In this document: piece by piece, positions 25,986-43,179 of the stretch
How the letters are laid out: every line of letters starts with the position of its first letter
Numbering within the stretch: position 1 is the first letter of the stretch
NCBI GenBank assembly: GCA_964016885.1
Contig: OZ024741.1
Location: 210,242,001-210,306,000 of the forward strand
Reading direction: 5' to 3'
Source of the DNA: Eledone cirrhosa
Taxonomy: Eukaryota
Length of the DNA stretch: 64,000 nt
Translations under genes and position numbers: made by a program
Notes under the pieces: generated by a model
The model's input: the letters and a program-made list of their open reading frames with translations, nothing else
What the model was told of the DNA's origin: nothing
The model's database searches: none

Positions 25986-26509
25986 GGTTAATTATTTATG
26001 TTTGTTTAATAACGGTCTGGTTGAGTGCTTAATTCAGTTTGTCTATGGAACTTTTTCCATTGCTCATAATTTGAATCTGACCGCCACAAACCGGGGTTAG
26101 CTCCATTTGGAGGAACATGTGCCATCACAACCGGATTTGTGTCAGAACGAAAACCTGTTGAGAAAGTAAATCCACTGTTAGATCCTCCAGAAACTTAACT
26201 TGTATACACTAGAAGCGGATTTTGTTGATTTCGAATTTACAGAAACCTAACTGAGATATTGAATAATTTCGCAGTGATGGTCCAGGTTTGTTATATATAT
26301 ATATATATGTATTTTTTCTCGCGAGTCAGTTCTTTCGTTGCTACAGACCCCGCGGCTGAATTACCGGTCGCTATCTTCAATTTGCAAAGCCCTTTAAACT
26401 GTATGTTATTACCCTCAGGTCCTATACCTTGTCGAGTGCTTGGCTGCAATGCTGAATGCATTCGTCGGGTTAGCTGCGGCTAGAGCTTCGAATATGCTGT
26501 ACTTACATT

Positions 26510-26805
26510 TGTATATATATAGATATATAGAGAGATACATAGTAAATATATAAATATATAGAGATTCATAGTAAATATATAGATATATAAATATTTAGAG
26601 ATACATAGTAAATATATAAATATATAGAGATACATAGTAAATATATAGATATATAAATATTTAGAGATACATAGTAAATATATATAGGTACCTAATAAAT
26701 ATATAAATATATAGAGGTACATAGTAAATATATAAACATATAAATATATAGAGATAGATAATAAATATATAAATATATAAATATATAAATATATAGAGAT
26801 ACGTA
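26510..26805. repeat. AT-rich minisatellite (agagatacatagtaaatatata..)
   Basis: Direct. Confidence 0.85.
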
Positions 26806-26944
26806 AAATCTTTACCGCGGTCAAGATTTTGCATATCACTATACCCACTCTGCATCTCCCCATGTATTGAGTACTCTCGTGGTTAGTGGTCTTCCCGATC
26901 TCAAAACCACAGACTCTCTCTCTCTCTCTATATGTATATATATA

Positions 26945-27105
26945 TAGGACGGGATTCTGCAGTTTCCGTCTACCAAATTCTAATCACATATTAGTTGACT
27001 CGAGTCGAAGTTATAGTATGTAGAAGACTCATGGTGTCACGTAGTGGGATTGAACCCAGAACGATGTGGCTGCAAGCCGAACTATTTAACCACCCAGCTA
27101 TTCCA
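26945..27105 (-). mobile_element. tRNA-derived SINE resembling the octopus OK family
   Basis: Minus strand gctgggtggtta..gggttcaatcccact..atttggtagacggaaactg.agaa.cccgtc, then (TA)n. Confidence 0.65.
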
Positions 27106-27609
27106 AGTTTGCAGCTGCCTTGTTAATTTTTTCTCCGTCTCTTTGGATATTAATTCATATCTATTTATCAAAATTGAAAATAAATAATAAAAGAATCACT
27201 TTACAGGCGAAATTGTATTTAGTTTGATAATTCAATTATTCTAGATAATTTTAATAATATTCTTATTAACATGTTAGGTATTTTATTATAGAAGTCGGCA
27301 TATCATGTCAACAGTACATGTGTTATCGAGGAGGGGGGTGGATGTTTCAATTGTTAAAGAAAGGAAGTTTTATATAGCTTTATAATACTTTTCACTAATA
27401 ACTTTGTCCACAGGCTCAGTGGCAATATTGATTTTTATATATGGTAATATGATGAAACATTTAAATTTTATTTGTGCTGTAGGTTGGATAGGTAGCTCTA
27501 TTTCAGTTGATCATATCTTGTCTGATAATTTGAGGGCGGAGCCGATCTTCTTTACAAGCTATAAACTAAGTACAAGCTAACACACTACGTTATTATTATT
27601 ACTTTATGT

Positions 27610-28457
27610 CGGTGATGGATCGGCAGCAAAGAGTTACGGCCCTTTATGGTCTAGGTTCAAATCCCGCCGAGGTTAACTTTACCTTTCATCCTTACGGGGT
27701 CGATATAATAAAGTACCAGTCACGCACTGGGGTCGATCTATTCGACTTACCCTTCCTCCCAAATTACTGGTCTTGTGCCTATATAAGAAACCATTATTAC
27801 TTTATATATATAGGGCGGTGGATTAGCAGTATCGGTAGAGGGTCGGACACCATGCTTTGACGCATAGAGTTACGGCCCTTGCCATTCTGTGTTCAAATCT
27901 CGTCGAGGTTAACTTTGCCTTTCATCCTTACGGGGTCGATAAAATAAAGTACCAGTAATGTACTGGGTTATTGCTGGCCTTGTGCCAATAGTAGAAACAA
28001 TTATTACTTTATATACCCCGAGGCTGGTAGATTGGTAGGATTGGAAGAGTGGAGGATAAAATGCCACTGCAGCATTTGTTCAGCTCCTTTAAAATCCGAG
28101 TTCAAATCGCACCGAGGTTAACCTTTCCTTTTAGCCTTCCACGGTCGATAAAATAAAGTACCAGTAACGCACAGGGGTTGATTTAATCAACTTTTCCCGT
28201 CCTTCCCAAATTACTGGCCTTGTGCCTACATCAGAAGCCATTATCAGGTGGACTGGCAGTATCGAGACGCGTCGGAAAACATACTTTGTGGCATATAGTT
28301 ACGTCCGTTTACGTTTTGAGTTCAAATCCCGCTCCGGTTAACTTTGCCTTCCATCCTTACGGGGCCGAAAAATAAAGTACAAATAACGCATTGGTGTCGA
28401 TTTAACCGACTTTTCCCACTTTCAAAATTGTTGGCCTTGTGCCTAAATAAGAAACCA
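27610..28457 (+). mobile_element. Four head-to-tail SINE copies
   Basis: SINE consensus at ~27610, 27813, 28022 and 28247. Confidence 0.85.
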
Positions 28458-28829
28458 GTGGGTTCATTTAATCAATTTTGCTATACGCCCCAAATATACT
28501 GAACTCATATACACTGCCTATATTAGCAATCCATATTTTATAGTGCAGTGAGGGCACGTGGTTAACTAACTTGTATATAAGGTCTTGGGTTGGATTCCCT
28601 GACAAGATGACACATTGTGTAAGGCCCTTCATTTCAGTTTGCTCAGATAACAAAAAGTATCAGCTAAATACTCGGATCGATATAAACGACTGTATCCTTA
28701 AAAGACAAACATCGTAGTTGTGTGCTTATGTTAAAGTTGTTATTATTAATTATTGTTTCTACTTTTGGCACTTATTAATTATGATTTCTAAAATGATGAC
28801 AAAAACCAGAAACGTTTGGAAAATGGCTG

Positions 28830-29202
28830 AGTAGTTTAGATCGATACCGATATTTCATTGCTACATATTTTATCGAACTTGGAAGGAATAAAGGCGAAGT
28901 TGTCTTCACCGGGGATTTGAAACTCAGAATGTAAAAGACAGTCAAAAAATACGGCATGCTGTCTCTTCTTAGCCACCGAGATATAGACATTTTGGCAATC
29001 CACAGCCAACCAGTTAATTAATTTACATATACCTAAAAATATTGGCACACAGCCAACAATTTCGAAAATCGATTAACTCGACCTAGTACATTACTGGTAC
29101 TTTATTTTATCGCCCCCGTAAGGATGAAAGGCAAAGCTAACCCCGGTGTGATTTGAACTCAGAACGTGTCCGACGCTCTCCCGATTCTGCCAATCCACCG
29201 CC
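28830..29202 (-). mobile_element. Two degenerate SINE copies
   Basis: gatttgaactcag / aggatgaaaggcaaag motifs. Confidence 0.7.
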
Positions 29203-29539
29203 ATTGCTATAACAAATAATAGCTTAGATAATGAGCCACTTTTTCCGTCAATAGGGGTATTTTACCCGATTTTCTAAGTTATTATTTATAACAATCGACT
29301 GTGCTTATATTTACTTCCTACATTTGAGATTTTCTAAGAATTAAAATTAAAAATAGTAATGGTTTCTATTTTAGGTCATGACATGTTATGAACTCTTGAC
29401 AATTTATTGGGTTGTGACATATTTAGGCACTTAAACCTGGTGGGGCCTACGACTGAGCTAAACATTATCAATGTCTTCTAGATAAAAAGAGGAAATGAGA
29501 AAGAGATCTAGAGGTACATTTGATACCAATACTACACCG

Positions 29540-29783
29540 GTGAAGGCGCATGGCTTAGTGGTTAGAGCATTGGGCTCGCAATCGAAATGGTGTGAGTTCA
29601 ATTCTCGGACCGGGTGACGTGTTGTTTCCTTGAGCAAGACACTTTATTTCACGTTGCTCCAGTTTACTCAGCTGTAGAAATGAGATGATAGGACTGGGGT
29701 CCCTATCATTAAATTACCCAAGACACCTCCAACGAGGTATACCTTGGAGGAGGCCAGCTAAACCTGCATAGGTGTGAGCTGTC
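29540..29783 (+). mobile_element. tRNA-derived SINE with Meta-like domain
   Basis: Close copy of 12229-12476. Confidence 0.8.
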
Positions 29784-30199
29784 GACGGAATTTTAATTCA
29801 GACGTTAAAGAAGTTAAGGGATTTTTTCCGACGATCTAACCATTCAGCCAAACCAATGTCCGCCTGCCAATTAATTTAGATTTTTTGAGAAAAATATAAA
29901 ATAAAATCTTAAATGGAATAAAAAAAAAAAATCATGATAATACATTATATTGAAATTATTTTTTTCCTCCCATTATCACGCGAATTCTTCCATGTAAAAA
30001 TAATTTAAGATCTTCGCAATGCTAAACTTGAATTAATCTTAAATGATAAATGGATAAATCCAAAGGATTGTCTTTATTATTATTTTAGAATTTTCTTATT
30101 TTATTTTTTGTTTTAAATAGTCATACACTATTATTTCTTGGTGTACATGTGATATACGTACACACACACATACGTACGTACACACAGTCACGTACACAA

Positions 30200-30280
<81 letters not shown>

Positions 30281-30406
30281 TATGTGTATTTATGTATAAA
30301 TATATGTGCGTACACACACATACAGACACATACAAACACACACACATACACTCACCCCCATATATATATATATACATATATATGTATATATATGTATATA
30401 TATATG

Positions 30407-30441
<35 letters not shown>

Positions 30442-30474
30442 GAATATATGTCTCTCTCTCTCTCTCTGTATATA

Positions 30475-30526
<52 letters not shown>

Positions 30527-30729
30527 TCTCTCTCTCTATATATATATATATTACATATATATTTATATATTGATTTATTACCGGAAAATACTTTATCTTA
30601 TTTTCAAGGAAGATGACATAAATAAAATGACCCTGTCTAATTGCGAAAATGTGACAGCGAATGTACTACTACTACTACTACTACTACTACTACAACTACC
30701 GCCACCACCACCACCACACCACCACCACC

Positions 30730-30769
<40 letters not shown>

Positions 30770-30979
30770 TATGTACATATTAAAAAATAAATATTTTTTT
30801 AGTTTAGATGTTTATTCATTTGGTCTCTTTACTATATTATATATATATGTGTATGTGTGTGCACGTGTGTGCGCGTGCGCGCGTGTGTGTGTGTGTATTT
30901 CTCTATATATATCAGAAAATTAAACAAAGAAAAAATAAGACAGGAGAATATGTAATATTGTAGTGGTATATTTTAGTAT

Positions 30980-31065
<86 letters not shown>

Positions 31066-31102
31066 ATATATATAATATATATATAAACACATGTACGCAC
31101 AC

Positions 31103-31179
<77 letters not shown>

Positions 31180-31265
31180 TATATACATATACATTATGAA
31201 GAGAGAAGAAACATTTAGATATAATTAGTAATAAAAATGTATCATACCCTAAACTGTTCCTAAAT

Positions 31266-31355
31266 TCCTCGACTACGTAGTTTCGTGGCATAAACACAAA
31301 AACAATATATCAAAGATATAGAGTCCTTGCGAGGTCTGCCGACTTATCAAGAGGA
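31266..31355 (-). ncRNA. Type I hammerhead with U3-A8 covariation
   Basis: tcctc TTGATAA gt-c-ggca..tgcc-ac GAAA ctacgtag TC gagga; palindromic stem III; GUC. Confidence 0.85.
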
Positions 31356-31968
31356 TACCTCATTTTACTAGTCTCAAGAACGCGTCTACACGACGTGAGA
31401 AAGAATCCCAAAAAGGCGGAGGGGGGAGATAGTCACGCGATATAACGGTCGAGAAAACAGAGCTAAGCCTCTTATAACCACGAAAAAAATTACCACGGAG
31501 GCGGAGGGGGGTATTCATATCGAGGCCGTAGAAGAGGTAGTGAAGAAGGCGAGAAGTATGAGAGTAATGGAAGCTTTCCAGTTGTCCCCACACTTCAAAG
31601 ATTGCTCGACCAGAGGGAGTTTATTAATACATTTAGAAAACACACAGATACATGCGGACACACACATATATACATGAATGCATCCGCACCCAACTGTGAG
31701 TTAAGGGTGCCAACTTCACCGATGTTGCTCAATGAATGACTGGGACAGACCAATTCAGTTTGAACCAGACTGAACCAGTATCAGAGTTAAAAATACGGGC
31801 CTCGATATGAATACCCCCCTCCGCCTCCGTGGTATTTTTTTTCGTGGTTATAAGAGGCTTAGCTCTGTTTCTCGACCGTATATCGACGCGTGACTATCTC
31901 CCCCTCCGCCTTTTGGGATTCTTTCTCACGTCGTGTAGACGCGTTCTTGAGACTAGTAAAATGAGGTA

Positions 31969-32061
31969 TCCTCTTGATAAGTCGGCAGACCTCTCGCAAG
32001 GACTCTCTATATCTTTGATATATTGTTTTTGTTTATGCCACGAAAACTACGTAGTCGAGGA
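31969..32061 (+). ncRNA. Second copy of the U3-A8 hammerhead (extra A in the GAAA run)
   Basis: tcctc TTGATAA gtcggca..tgccac GAAAA ctacgtag TC gagga. Confidence 0.75.
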
Positions 32062-32348
32062 ATTTAGGAACAGTTTAGGTATGATACATTTTATTACTAA
32101 TTATATCTAAATGTTTCTTCTCTCTTCATAAATGTATTTTTTAACTCTGATACTGGTTCAGTCTGGTTCAAAACTGAATTGGTCTGTCCCAGTCATTCAT
32201 TGAGCAACATCGGTGAAGTTGGCACCCTTAAACTCACAGTTGGTGTGCGGATGCATTCATGTATATATGTGTGGTGTCCGCATGTATCTGTGTGTTTCTA
32301 AATGTATATATATACATATATATAATATAATATATATATAATATATAC

Positions 32349-32411
<63 letters not shown>

Positions 32412-32507
32412 AATATACATACACACACACACACACAGAGTTAGACATATATATATTATATAAATATATATATATTATATATATATATAATATATATATT
32501 ATATATA

Positions 32508-32547
<40 letters not shown>

Positions 32548-32579
32548 AATATATATAATATAGTATATATATATTATAT

Positions 32580-32610
<31 letters not shown>

Positions 32611-32633
32611 ATATATATATATATTTATATATT

Positions 32634-32667
<34 letters not shown>

Positions 32668-32767
32668 AATATATATATATATAATATATATATATATATT
32701 ATTATATAATATTATATTATATATATATATTATATATATATTATATATATATATATATATTATATTA

Positions 32768-32803
<36 letters not shown>

Positions 32804-32843
32804 AATTATATATGTATATATATATTATATAATATATATATAC

Positions 32844-32878
<35 letters not shown>

Positions 32879-33064
32879 AATATTTTTATATTATTATTTG
32901 GTGGTGTCTTAAGGAAAACCTGCAGTTGAAGAAATGAAAGCTGGAGTATTTTATTTGCAGTACATCACGACAGAAGACAAAATGAATGATAAAATGAAGG
33001 ATGAATTTTCTGGCTTGCTTTCAATTGTTTTTCTTTTTATTGTTTTCTATTACAATATTATCAA

Positions 33065-33108
<44 letters not shown>

Positions 33109-33289
33109 ATTTTCGTATCGTGAGAGAGAGTAGAGGTTTAAAGGCATAAAGCGATACATATAGTTAGTTGCCAAAACGCTGGTGCATTTGTGCTCAATAC
33201 TTGTGCCTACAGGGTTAGATATCGGAAGCGTTAATATATAGCGGAGCGAGAATATATACTGTTAGAACATGTTTAGAACATATACTGTT

Positions 33290-36634
<3,345 letters not shown>

Positions 36635-36789
36635 TATATATATATATATATTACATATATATATATTATATATATATAATATATATATCCATATCTATGT
36701 ATACATGCGGTTATATGTAGTGTTTTCGAAATAAATCGCTAAACAATACCCTAGAGCACTGTAAATCGCTTGGTTCCGGCAGCTGACCC

Positions 36790-36821
<32 letters not shown>

Positions 36822-36846
36822 ATATATATATATGTGTGTGTATGTA

Positions 36847-36878
<32 letters not shown>

Positions 36879-37214
36879 CACGCACACACACACATATATA
36901 TATATATATAGATATACATATATATTATATATATTTATGTATATATATATGTATATACACGCACACACACACTCACACATATATATATACATTATATATA
37001 TATACATATATATATATACATATATATATATGTATATATATGTGTGTATGTGTGTGTATAGAGAGAGAAAGAGAGATGGGAGAGAATTAGATATAGACAT
37101 ACGTATATACTTGTATATATATATATATATATATAAACAAGTATATACGTATGTCTATATCTTATTCTCTCCCATCTCTCTTTCTCTCTCTATACACACA
37201 CATACACACACACA

Positions 37215-37265
<51 letters not shown>

Positions 37266-37717
37266 ACCACACACACATATATATATACAAAGTCATGTTC
37301 TTATAAATCCTGATATAATATAGTAAACAAGAAACTGCCTGATTGATGGTTTTACTTTCTCCCCATTTCTTCATCTCACACCCTAATCTAGAAGGAATTA
37401 ATGACTATTAATTTACACCATTAACTCTTGTTGTTGATGTGATTGCTATTGAGGTTTAACCAAGGTCATCACTGAATGAAAATTTTTATTTCATGCATAT
37501 CCAGTCTCAAATAGATACAATTTTTCCTTGCCAGGCTAGTACTGATCCGCGGGTAACTATAAGCTTTGAGGCCAGGATGGGCAGCCGGTCATGAAATATT
37601 GTCTGAAAATACTTTCTATGATGTTTATGAAATCTGTTATAAGATCATCATTGCTAACACTTAACTTAGCAGGGAAACATGACCTTCATCACTTGTTGTC
37701 ATTATATATTGTGTGAA

Positions 37718-38160
37718 GGGTGATGGATTGGCAGTATCGGTAGAGGGTCTGACGCCAAGCTTTGCAGCATAGAGTTACGGCTCTTTATGATCTGAGTTTA
37801 AATCCTGCCAAGGTTAACTTTGCCTCTCATCCTTACGGGGTTGATAAAATAAGTACCAGTCACGCACTGGGGTCGATTTAATCGACTTTTCTCTCCCCCC
37901 AAATTGCTGGCCTTGTGTCTATATAAGAAACCATTATATATTGTGTGAAGGGTGATGTATTGGTTGTATCAGTAGAGGGTCGGACAACATGCCTTGCAAC
38001 CTATAGTTTACGAACCTATACGTTCTGAGTTCAAATCCCAACGAGGTTAGCTTTGCTTTTCCATCCTTATTGGTTCGATAAAATAAAGTACTAGTAACGC
38101 ACTAAAGTCAATTTAATCGACATTTATCTCTCTCAAATTATTGGCCTTGTGCCTAAACAA
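37718..38160 (+). mobile_element. Two tandem SINE copies sharing an upstream flank
   Basis: cattatatattgtgtgaagggtgatg precedes both copies. Confidence 0.8.
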
Positions 38161-38469
38161 CATGACACTACTACCACTACTACCCTCAAAAACACCACTA
38201 CTTCCACCATCACCACCACCACCACACTACTACTAACACCACCACACTCCCACCACCACCAACCTCCACCACCACCCTCCACCAACACCCTCCACCACCA
38301 CATATTTTAAACTCCTGTCAAATAATTCAACAAAAGCACACCACCAAAAAAAGAAAGATCTTCCCCACGCGCCAGGGGTTCAAAAGGTGGGGTAGGAGTT
38401 GGAGAACTTTGTTGTTCTTTACAGAATATGAAAACACTTGTTTTAAAGTAAACAAAATATCTTATTGGG

Positions 38470-39200
38470 ATATAGAGAAGAGAGGATTTGGTGATCTAAT
38501 GAGAGGGGGAATTATGAGAGAGAGAGTGAGGTATGTAGTGGAATATAGAAAGCGGGAGAGAATTTGGTGGTCTAGTGAGAGAGGGGGAATTGTGAGAGAG
38601 AGTGAGGTATGTAGTGGAATATAGAGAGCGGGAGAGAATTTGTTGGTTTAGTGAGAGAGAGGAATTAAGTGAGTGAAAGAGAGTGAGATATGTAGTGGGA
38701 TATAGAGAGGGGGAGAGAATTTGGTGGTCTGAGGAGAGAGTGTGGTGGTCTGAGTGACAGAGAGTGTGGTATGTAGTTGGTTATAGAGAGCGGGAGAGAG
38801 GGGTATTGTGGGAGTGAGAGAGAGTGAGGTATATATTGGAATATAGAGAAGGGGTGAGAATTTGGTCGTCTACTTAGAGAGAGGGAATTGTGAGGGAGAG
38901 TGAGGTATGTAGTAGTATATATATAGAGAGAGTTTGTTAGTTTAATGAGAGAAGGGAAATTAAGGGAGTGAAAGAGAGAGAGGTATGTAGTGGTATATAG
39001 AAAGGGGGAGAGAATTTGGTGGTCTAGTGAGAGTGAGAGAGAGTGAGGTATGTAGAGGGATATAGAGAGGGGGAAATTTGTTGGTTTAGAGAGAGAGGGG
39101 GAATTAAGTGCGTGGAAGAGAGTGAGTTATGTAGTAGAATGTAGAGAGGGGGAGAGAAGTTGATATTCTAGGGAGAGAGGGGGAATTGTGAAAGAGTGTT
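38470..39200. repeat. Degenerate purine-rich ~75-bp tandem repeat
   Basis: gagagtgaggtatgtagtggaatatagagag..ggagagaatttggtggtct recurs ~9 times. Confidence 0.85.
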
Positions 39201-40209
39201 ATACATATAACACGTACGCACACATACATACATATACATACATATGTACAAATACACATACACATACATGTATGTAAATACACATACACAAGTACACACA
39301 GAAGGTATATATATACACACTTAAACATACATGCATATATATATAGACACATATATTCCTATATATACATACGTACACACACACACACACATATATATAC
39401 ACACAAATACATATATATATATACATATACAATATATACACACACTCACGATAATAAACTCACACACACACATATATACAATATGAAAGGACATGCATAG
39501 ATATATTCTAAAATAAAAATTATCTTCTTTCTCATTTCCCCTCTCTCACTTTCTATCTTTATCTGGTAGAGATCTGCTGTACTCAGGCCTGGAGAGGAGA
39601 TGGGCTCTGCCAGGCTTTAAATGTCCAAGAAACGTCGATGTCATTATTAGGGCCATACGAGTTACGGGGCCATACATACATACTTTTCTAAAAGAGGGGT
39701 GTGATATGAGGGAGATTTGGCTAATAATTTCCAGGGATATTTGGTTGGTAATTTTAGCATATCGAGTAATCTGATTGGTTGAGTAGCAGGCTTAACATAT
39801 CAACCATTTGAATACCAGCAACTTATTTTTCATTGCATAAGGTGGAGGTAAGTTAGAAGAATTCAGAAAAAAACTCTTGTTTTTCCCCGCCTCTTACCTA
39901 CCAACGTTTGTATTCGATAGACAGCACCCTGTAGATGTTCAGATTGGTCATTGTTCTGCATCAATCATGCCAGTCGGAGAGAATGTCTTATAATATATGA
40001 GGACACTGTTTCTTCATCTCTTGGGTAAAATATGAAAACATAACGACAAATGCCAAAATATCGGGCACTGACTTACTGACGATTGTCTTTTTGTGCCGGT
40101 TACCACAATGATCAGTGGTGACTTTAGTCCCCGGAATACTGTTTTACTACAACAAATAAAGGCGAAAGCATAAGGTGCGGGGAAAGGAAAGATTATTATT
40201 ATTATTAAT

Positions 40210-41060
40210 GGTGGTGGATTGGCAGAATCGGTAGAGCGTTGGAGACCATGCTTCACGGCATAGGATTACGCCCATTTACGTTCCCTTTATGGTCTGAGTT
40301 CAAATCCCGCCGCGGTCAACTTTGCCTTTCATCCTTACGGGGTCCATAAAAAAAGTACCACTGGGGTCGATTTAATCGACTTTCCCTCAAATTGTTGGCC
40401 TTGTGCCTAAATCAGAAACCATTATTAAGGGCGGTGTATTGGCAGTATCGGCTGAGCGTCGAACAATATGCTTTGTAGCATGTAGTTACATCCCTTTACG
40501 TTCCGATTACAAAATAATTTCAAATCCTGTCGAGGTTGGCATGGATGATGTAGCGAGCATCGCTGTTTTTTTTAGCGGCGATGCTTTGATCATCTTATCC
40601 ACGAAGTGCAGCAGCTGAGACATACTGTCCATTCAGGGTTGTAGAGTTCGTCCATACCCGATTTCTCTTCCCATCTTTCTTTTTCTTGCGTTTTCTTTCT
40701 TTTTTCTCGCTTTCTTTTTGACAATTTTGTAAATAGTAAATACATATACACATATATATATTAGGTGTGAACATAACGTAATCAAACTCCCATTGTCACT
40801 GTCTCCGACTCTCTCACCCTTTCCATCTCTTACTATTATAAGCAAATAGGGGGTGGATTGGCAGTATCGGTAGAAAGTCGAAGTCGTTGCAGCAAAGAGT
40901 TACGGCCCTTTATGGTCTGAGTTCAAATCCCGCCGAGGTTAACTTTGCTTTCATCCTTATGGGGTCGATAAAATAAAGTACCAGTGACGCACTGGGGTCG
41001 ATTTAATCGACTTCCCTCGCCCAAAATTACTGGCCTTGTGCCTATATAAGAAACAACTAC
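40210..41060 (+). mobile_element. SINE copies (40210-40425, partial 40428-40540, 40850-41060)
   Basis: SINE consensus. Confidence 0.8.
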
Positions 41061-41079
41061 TATAAGCAAATAGGGGTCC

Positions 41080-41170
41080 ACACACAGGTCAGCCCGTGGC
41101 CTCGGTGGACAGAACAGGGAAGGTGTTTCGCCAGAGGATGGTGAGGGAGACGTGTTGGAAGAACCAATTT
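41080..41170 (-). pseudogene. Short CRE-like RLE 3' fragment
   Basis: ggacagaa..ggaaggtgtttc.cc.gaggatggtgagggaga matches 1120-1175. Confidence 0.5.
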
Positions 41171-41698
41171 TGTAAATTGTATTTTTAATATATTGTTCAA
41201 TAAAGTATAGAAAGGGGATAGGAGTTAATGGCGAAGTAACAAGTTGACAACATTAATGGAAATATTGAGACATAAATGAAACATTAGTTGGGAAATCTGC
41301 AGAGTGTAAATGGGGAAAGAAAAAAATATATACTGAAGAAAAACAAATATTTTCTATCTTAATTTAAATAAACTACAATAAAACGCGCTATGAACTCGAG
41401 GAAAAACAAATTAATTAATAATTTGCATTGTATTTCCATTTGCAGCGATGAGCTTTCATTTTAAAGAATAACATTTCTAGATTTTTCTCTCTCGGTTATT
41501 TCCTCCTGCCTCAGAATATATTTGAAAATGTATTCATCACATTTATTAAACTGGGTGGCAAAAGTACCTTAACATACAGAAACAGTGCTGCATTCAATAC
41601 ACCTCACAACTAGAAAACTACATTGGAAATTGGAAATACATTCTTTAGAACGAATTTATTGAAAGATAATTAATTGTAGAACAATGATATATGTATAA

Positions 41699-42570
41699 CT
41701 AGCAGCAGGACCCGGCGTTGCATGGGTAGGAAACGTGAGATAGCAACACGCATATGCAAAGATTGAGGAATGTAGCTGAGTACTTATTGAATTACCTTAT
41801 TCTCAGGCAATGATTGAGGGGGGGGGGGACGTAGTCAATTATGTGAAAACCAAGTAGGGATGTACATTTAAGTAGGGATATTGAGATGGCGTAATCAGCG
41901 TGGCAACGCAGCTGCAGCAGAAGGGGGTCATAGTGCATTAGCACAAATGCTGGGTGGTACTGGTTGCACTGCGTTTACACAGCAACAAAGGTTCGACAAA
42001 AGGGGTCACCGCGGAATTAGCATAACCGCTGTTCGGCGTACTTGCACAGGGCGTTCATACTGCGGTGTAGGTGCGACAAAAGGGGTCTTAGTAGAAGTAG
42101 CACAGACGTAAGTTTTACGGTGTCAATAACGCGACAACATACACAGGGTCTGGATTTGACGCGTGATGAAAGCACTAGGCGTCAACAGGGCGCCGACAAG
42201 AAGGTCCTCCTCATTTCCTCAAACCCCGAAAATGGTCCTGCTTAAAAGTAAGTGTTGCGTCCCCTGTTAAATAAAACAAATTTCTAAAGAAATTTACTTA
42301 ACGATGCATAAGTAGCGTTTATATTGAAAATGGCATATAATGCCCAATGCTAATTTTAATTTCCACAGCAGAGCGAGGGGACTAACTAATGCGTGCTGCA
42401 AATTTCGAGGAAATCGGTTGGATTATCTTTAAGTTACGCCTAAAAAATGCTTGCTTGTTTACTAGACGGATTCGAACAATTGACCTTCTATAACAAACTA
42501 CAATCCCCTGCTCTACCAACTGAGCTATCTGTTGACTTGCTGCTTACCACTGTATTTAACATATATATAA
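41699..42570 (-). mobile_element. Probable non-autonomous Helitron
   Basis: Minus-strand 3' end: imperfect hairpin acccatgcaacgccgggt, ~8 nt before terminal CTAG|T (41699). Internal cgacaaaaggggtc repeats and a caaatttcgaggaaatcggtt motif. 5' TC end not located. Confidence 0.55.
42458..42534 (-). pseudogene. tRNA-Tyr-like remnant
   Basis: gatagctcagttggtagagc (A box/D arm), gattGTAg, aggtc..gttcgaatccg (B box); acceptor and anticodon stems do not pair. Confidence 0.6.
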
Positions 42571-42604
42571 GTATTATTCAAACATAAGTATTATTCGTAT
42601 ATGA

Positions 42605-42778
42605 TCGGTAGAGGGTCGGACGCCATGCTTTGACGCATAGAGTTACGGCCCTTGCCATTCTGAGTTCAAATCCCGCCGAGGTTAACTTTGCGTTTCATCC
42701 TTACGTGGTCGATAAAATAAAGTACCAGTAATGTACAGGGTATTTGCTGACCTTGTGCCAATAGTAGAAACAATTATT
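42605..42778 (+). mobile_element. 5'-truncated SINE
   Basis: Close match to 27830-28005. Confidence 0.85.
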
Positions 42779-43047
42779 TTATATATATATATATAGATGA
42801 AACATGGTGTACTGCGTTGTTGCGGATGTGATACATATGAATTAAAAAATAGAATAAGAAGCCAGGACTATCCATCATCAGTGGTCTTCTGGCCATCATA
42901 GGCATTAAAAATCATATATCTCAGGCCAGCGCGAGCAATAACTAAATAAAGTTATTGGGATAAAAAGAATTGGGTAAACAAACAAGAATGGTGAGGAAAC
43001 GTAAAGCGTGGAAAATGAGAAATCAAGTCAGTATACATACATACGTT

Positions 43048-43106
<59 letters not shown>

Positions 43107-43179
43107 ATACTTATAATACTATGCTACGGAACAGGGTGTCAAACGCTCTACCGATTCCGCTAACCCACCGCCCTACTAA

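Larger units (their letters stand above)
31190..32306. repeat. Interleaved inverted duplication A-spacer-B-A'-B' (A 31190-31530, B 31627-31796, A' 31794-32136, B' 32134-32306)
   Basis: Near-identical reverse complements differing mostly by homopolymer indels. Confidence 0.9.

Noticed and set aside
42458-42534. Functional tRNA-Tyr gene
   Set aside because: Acceptor and anticodon stems do not pair; kept only as a remnant
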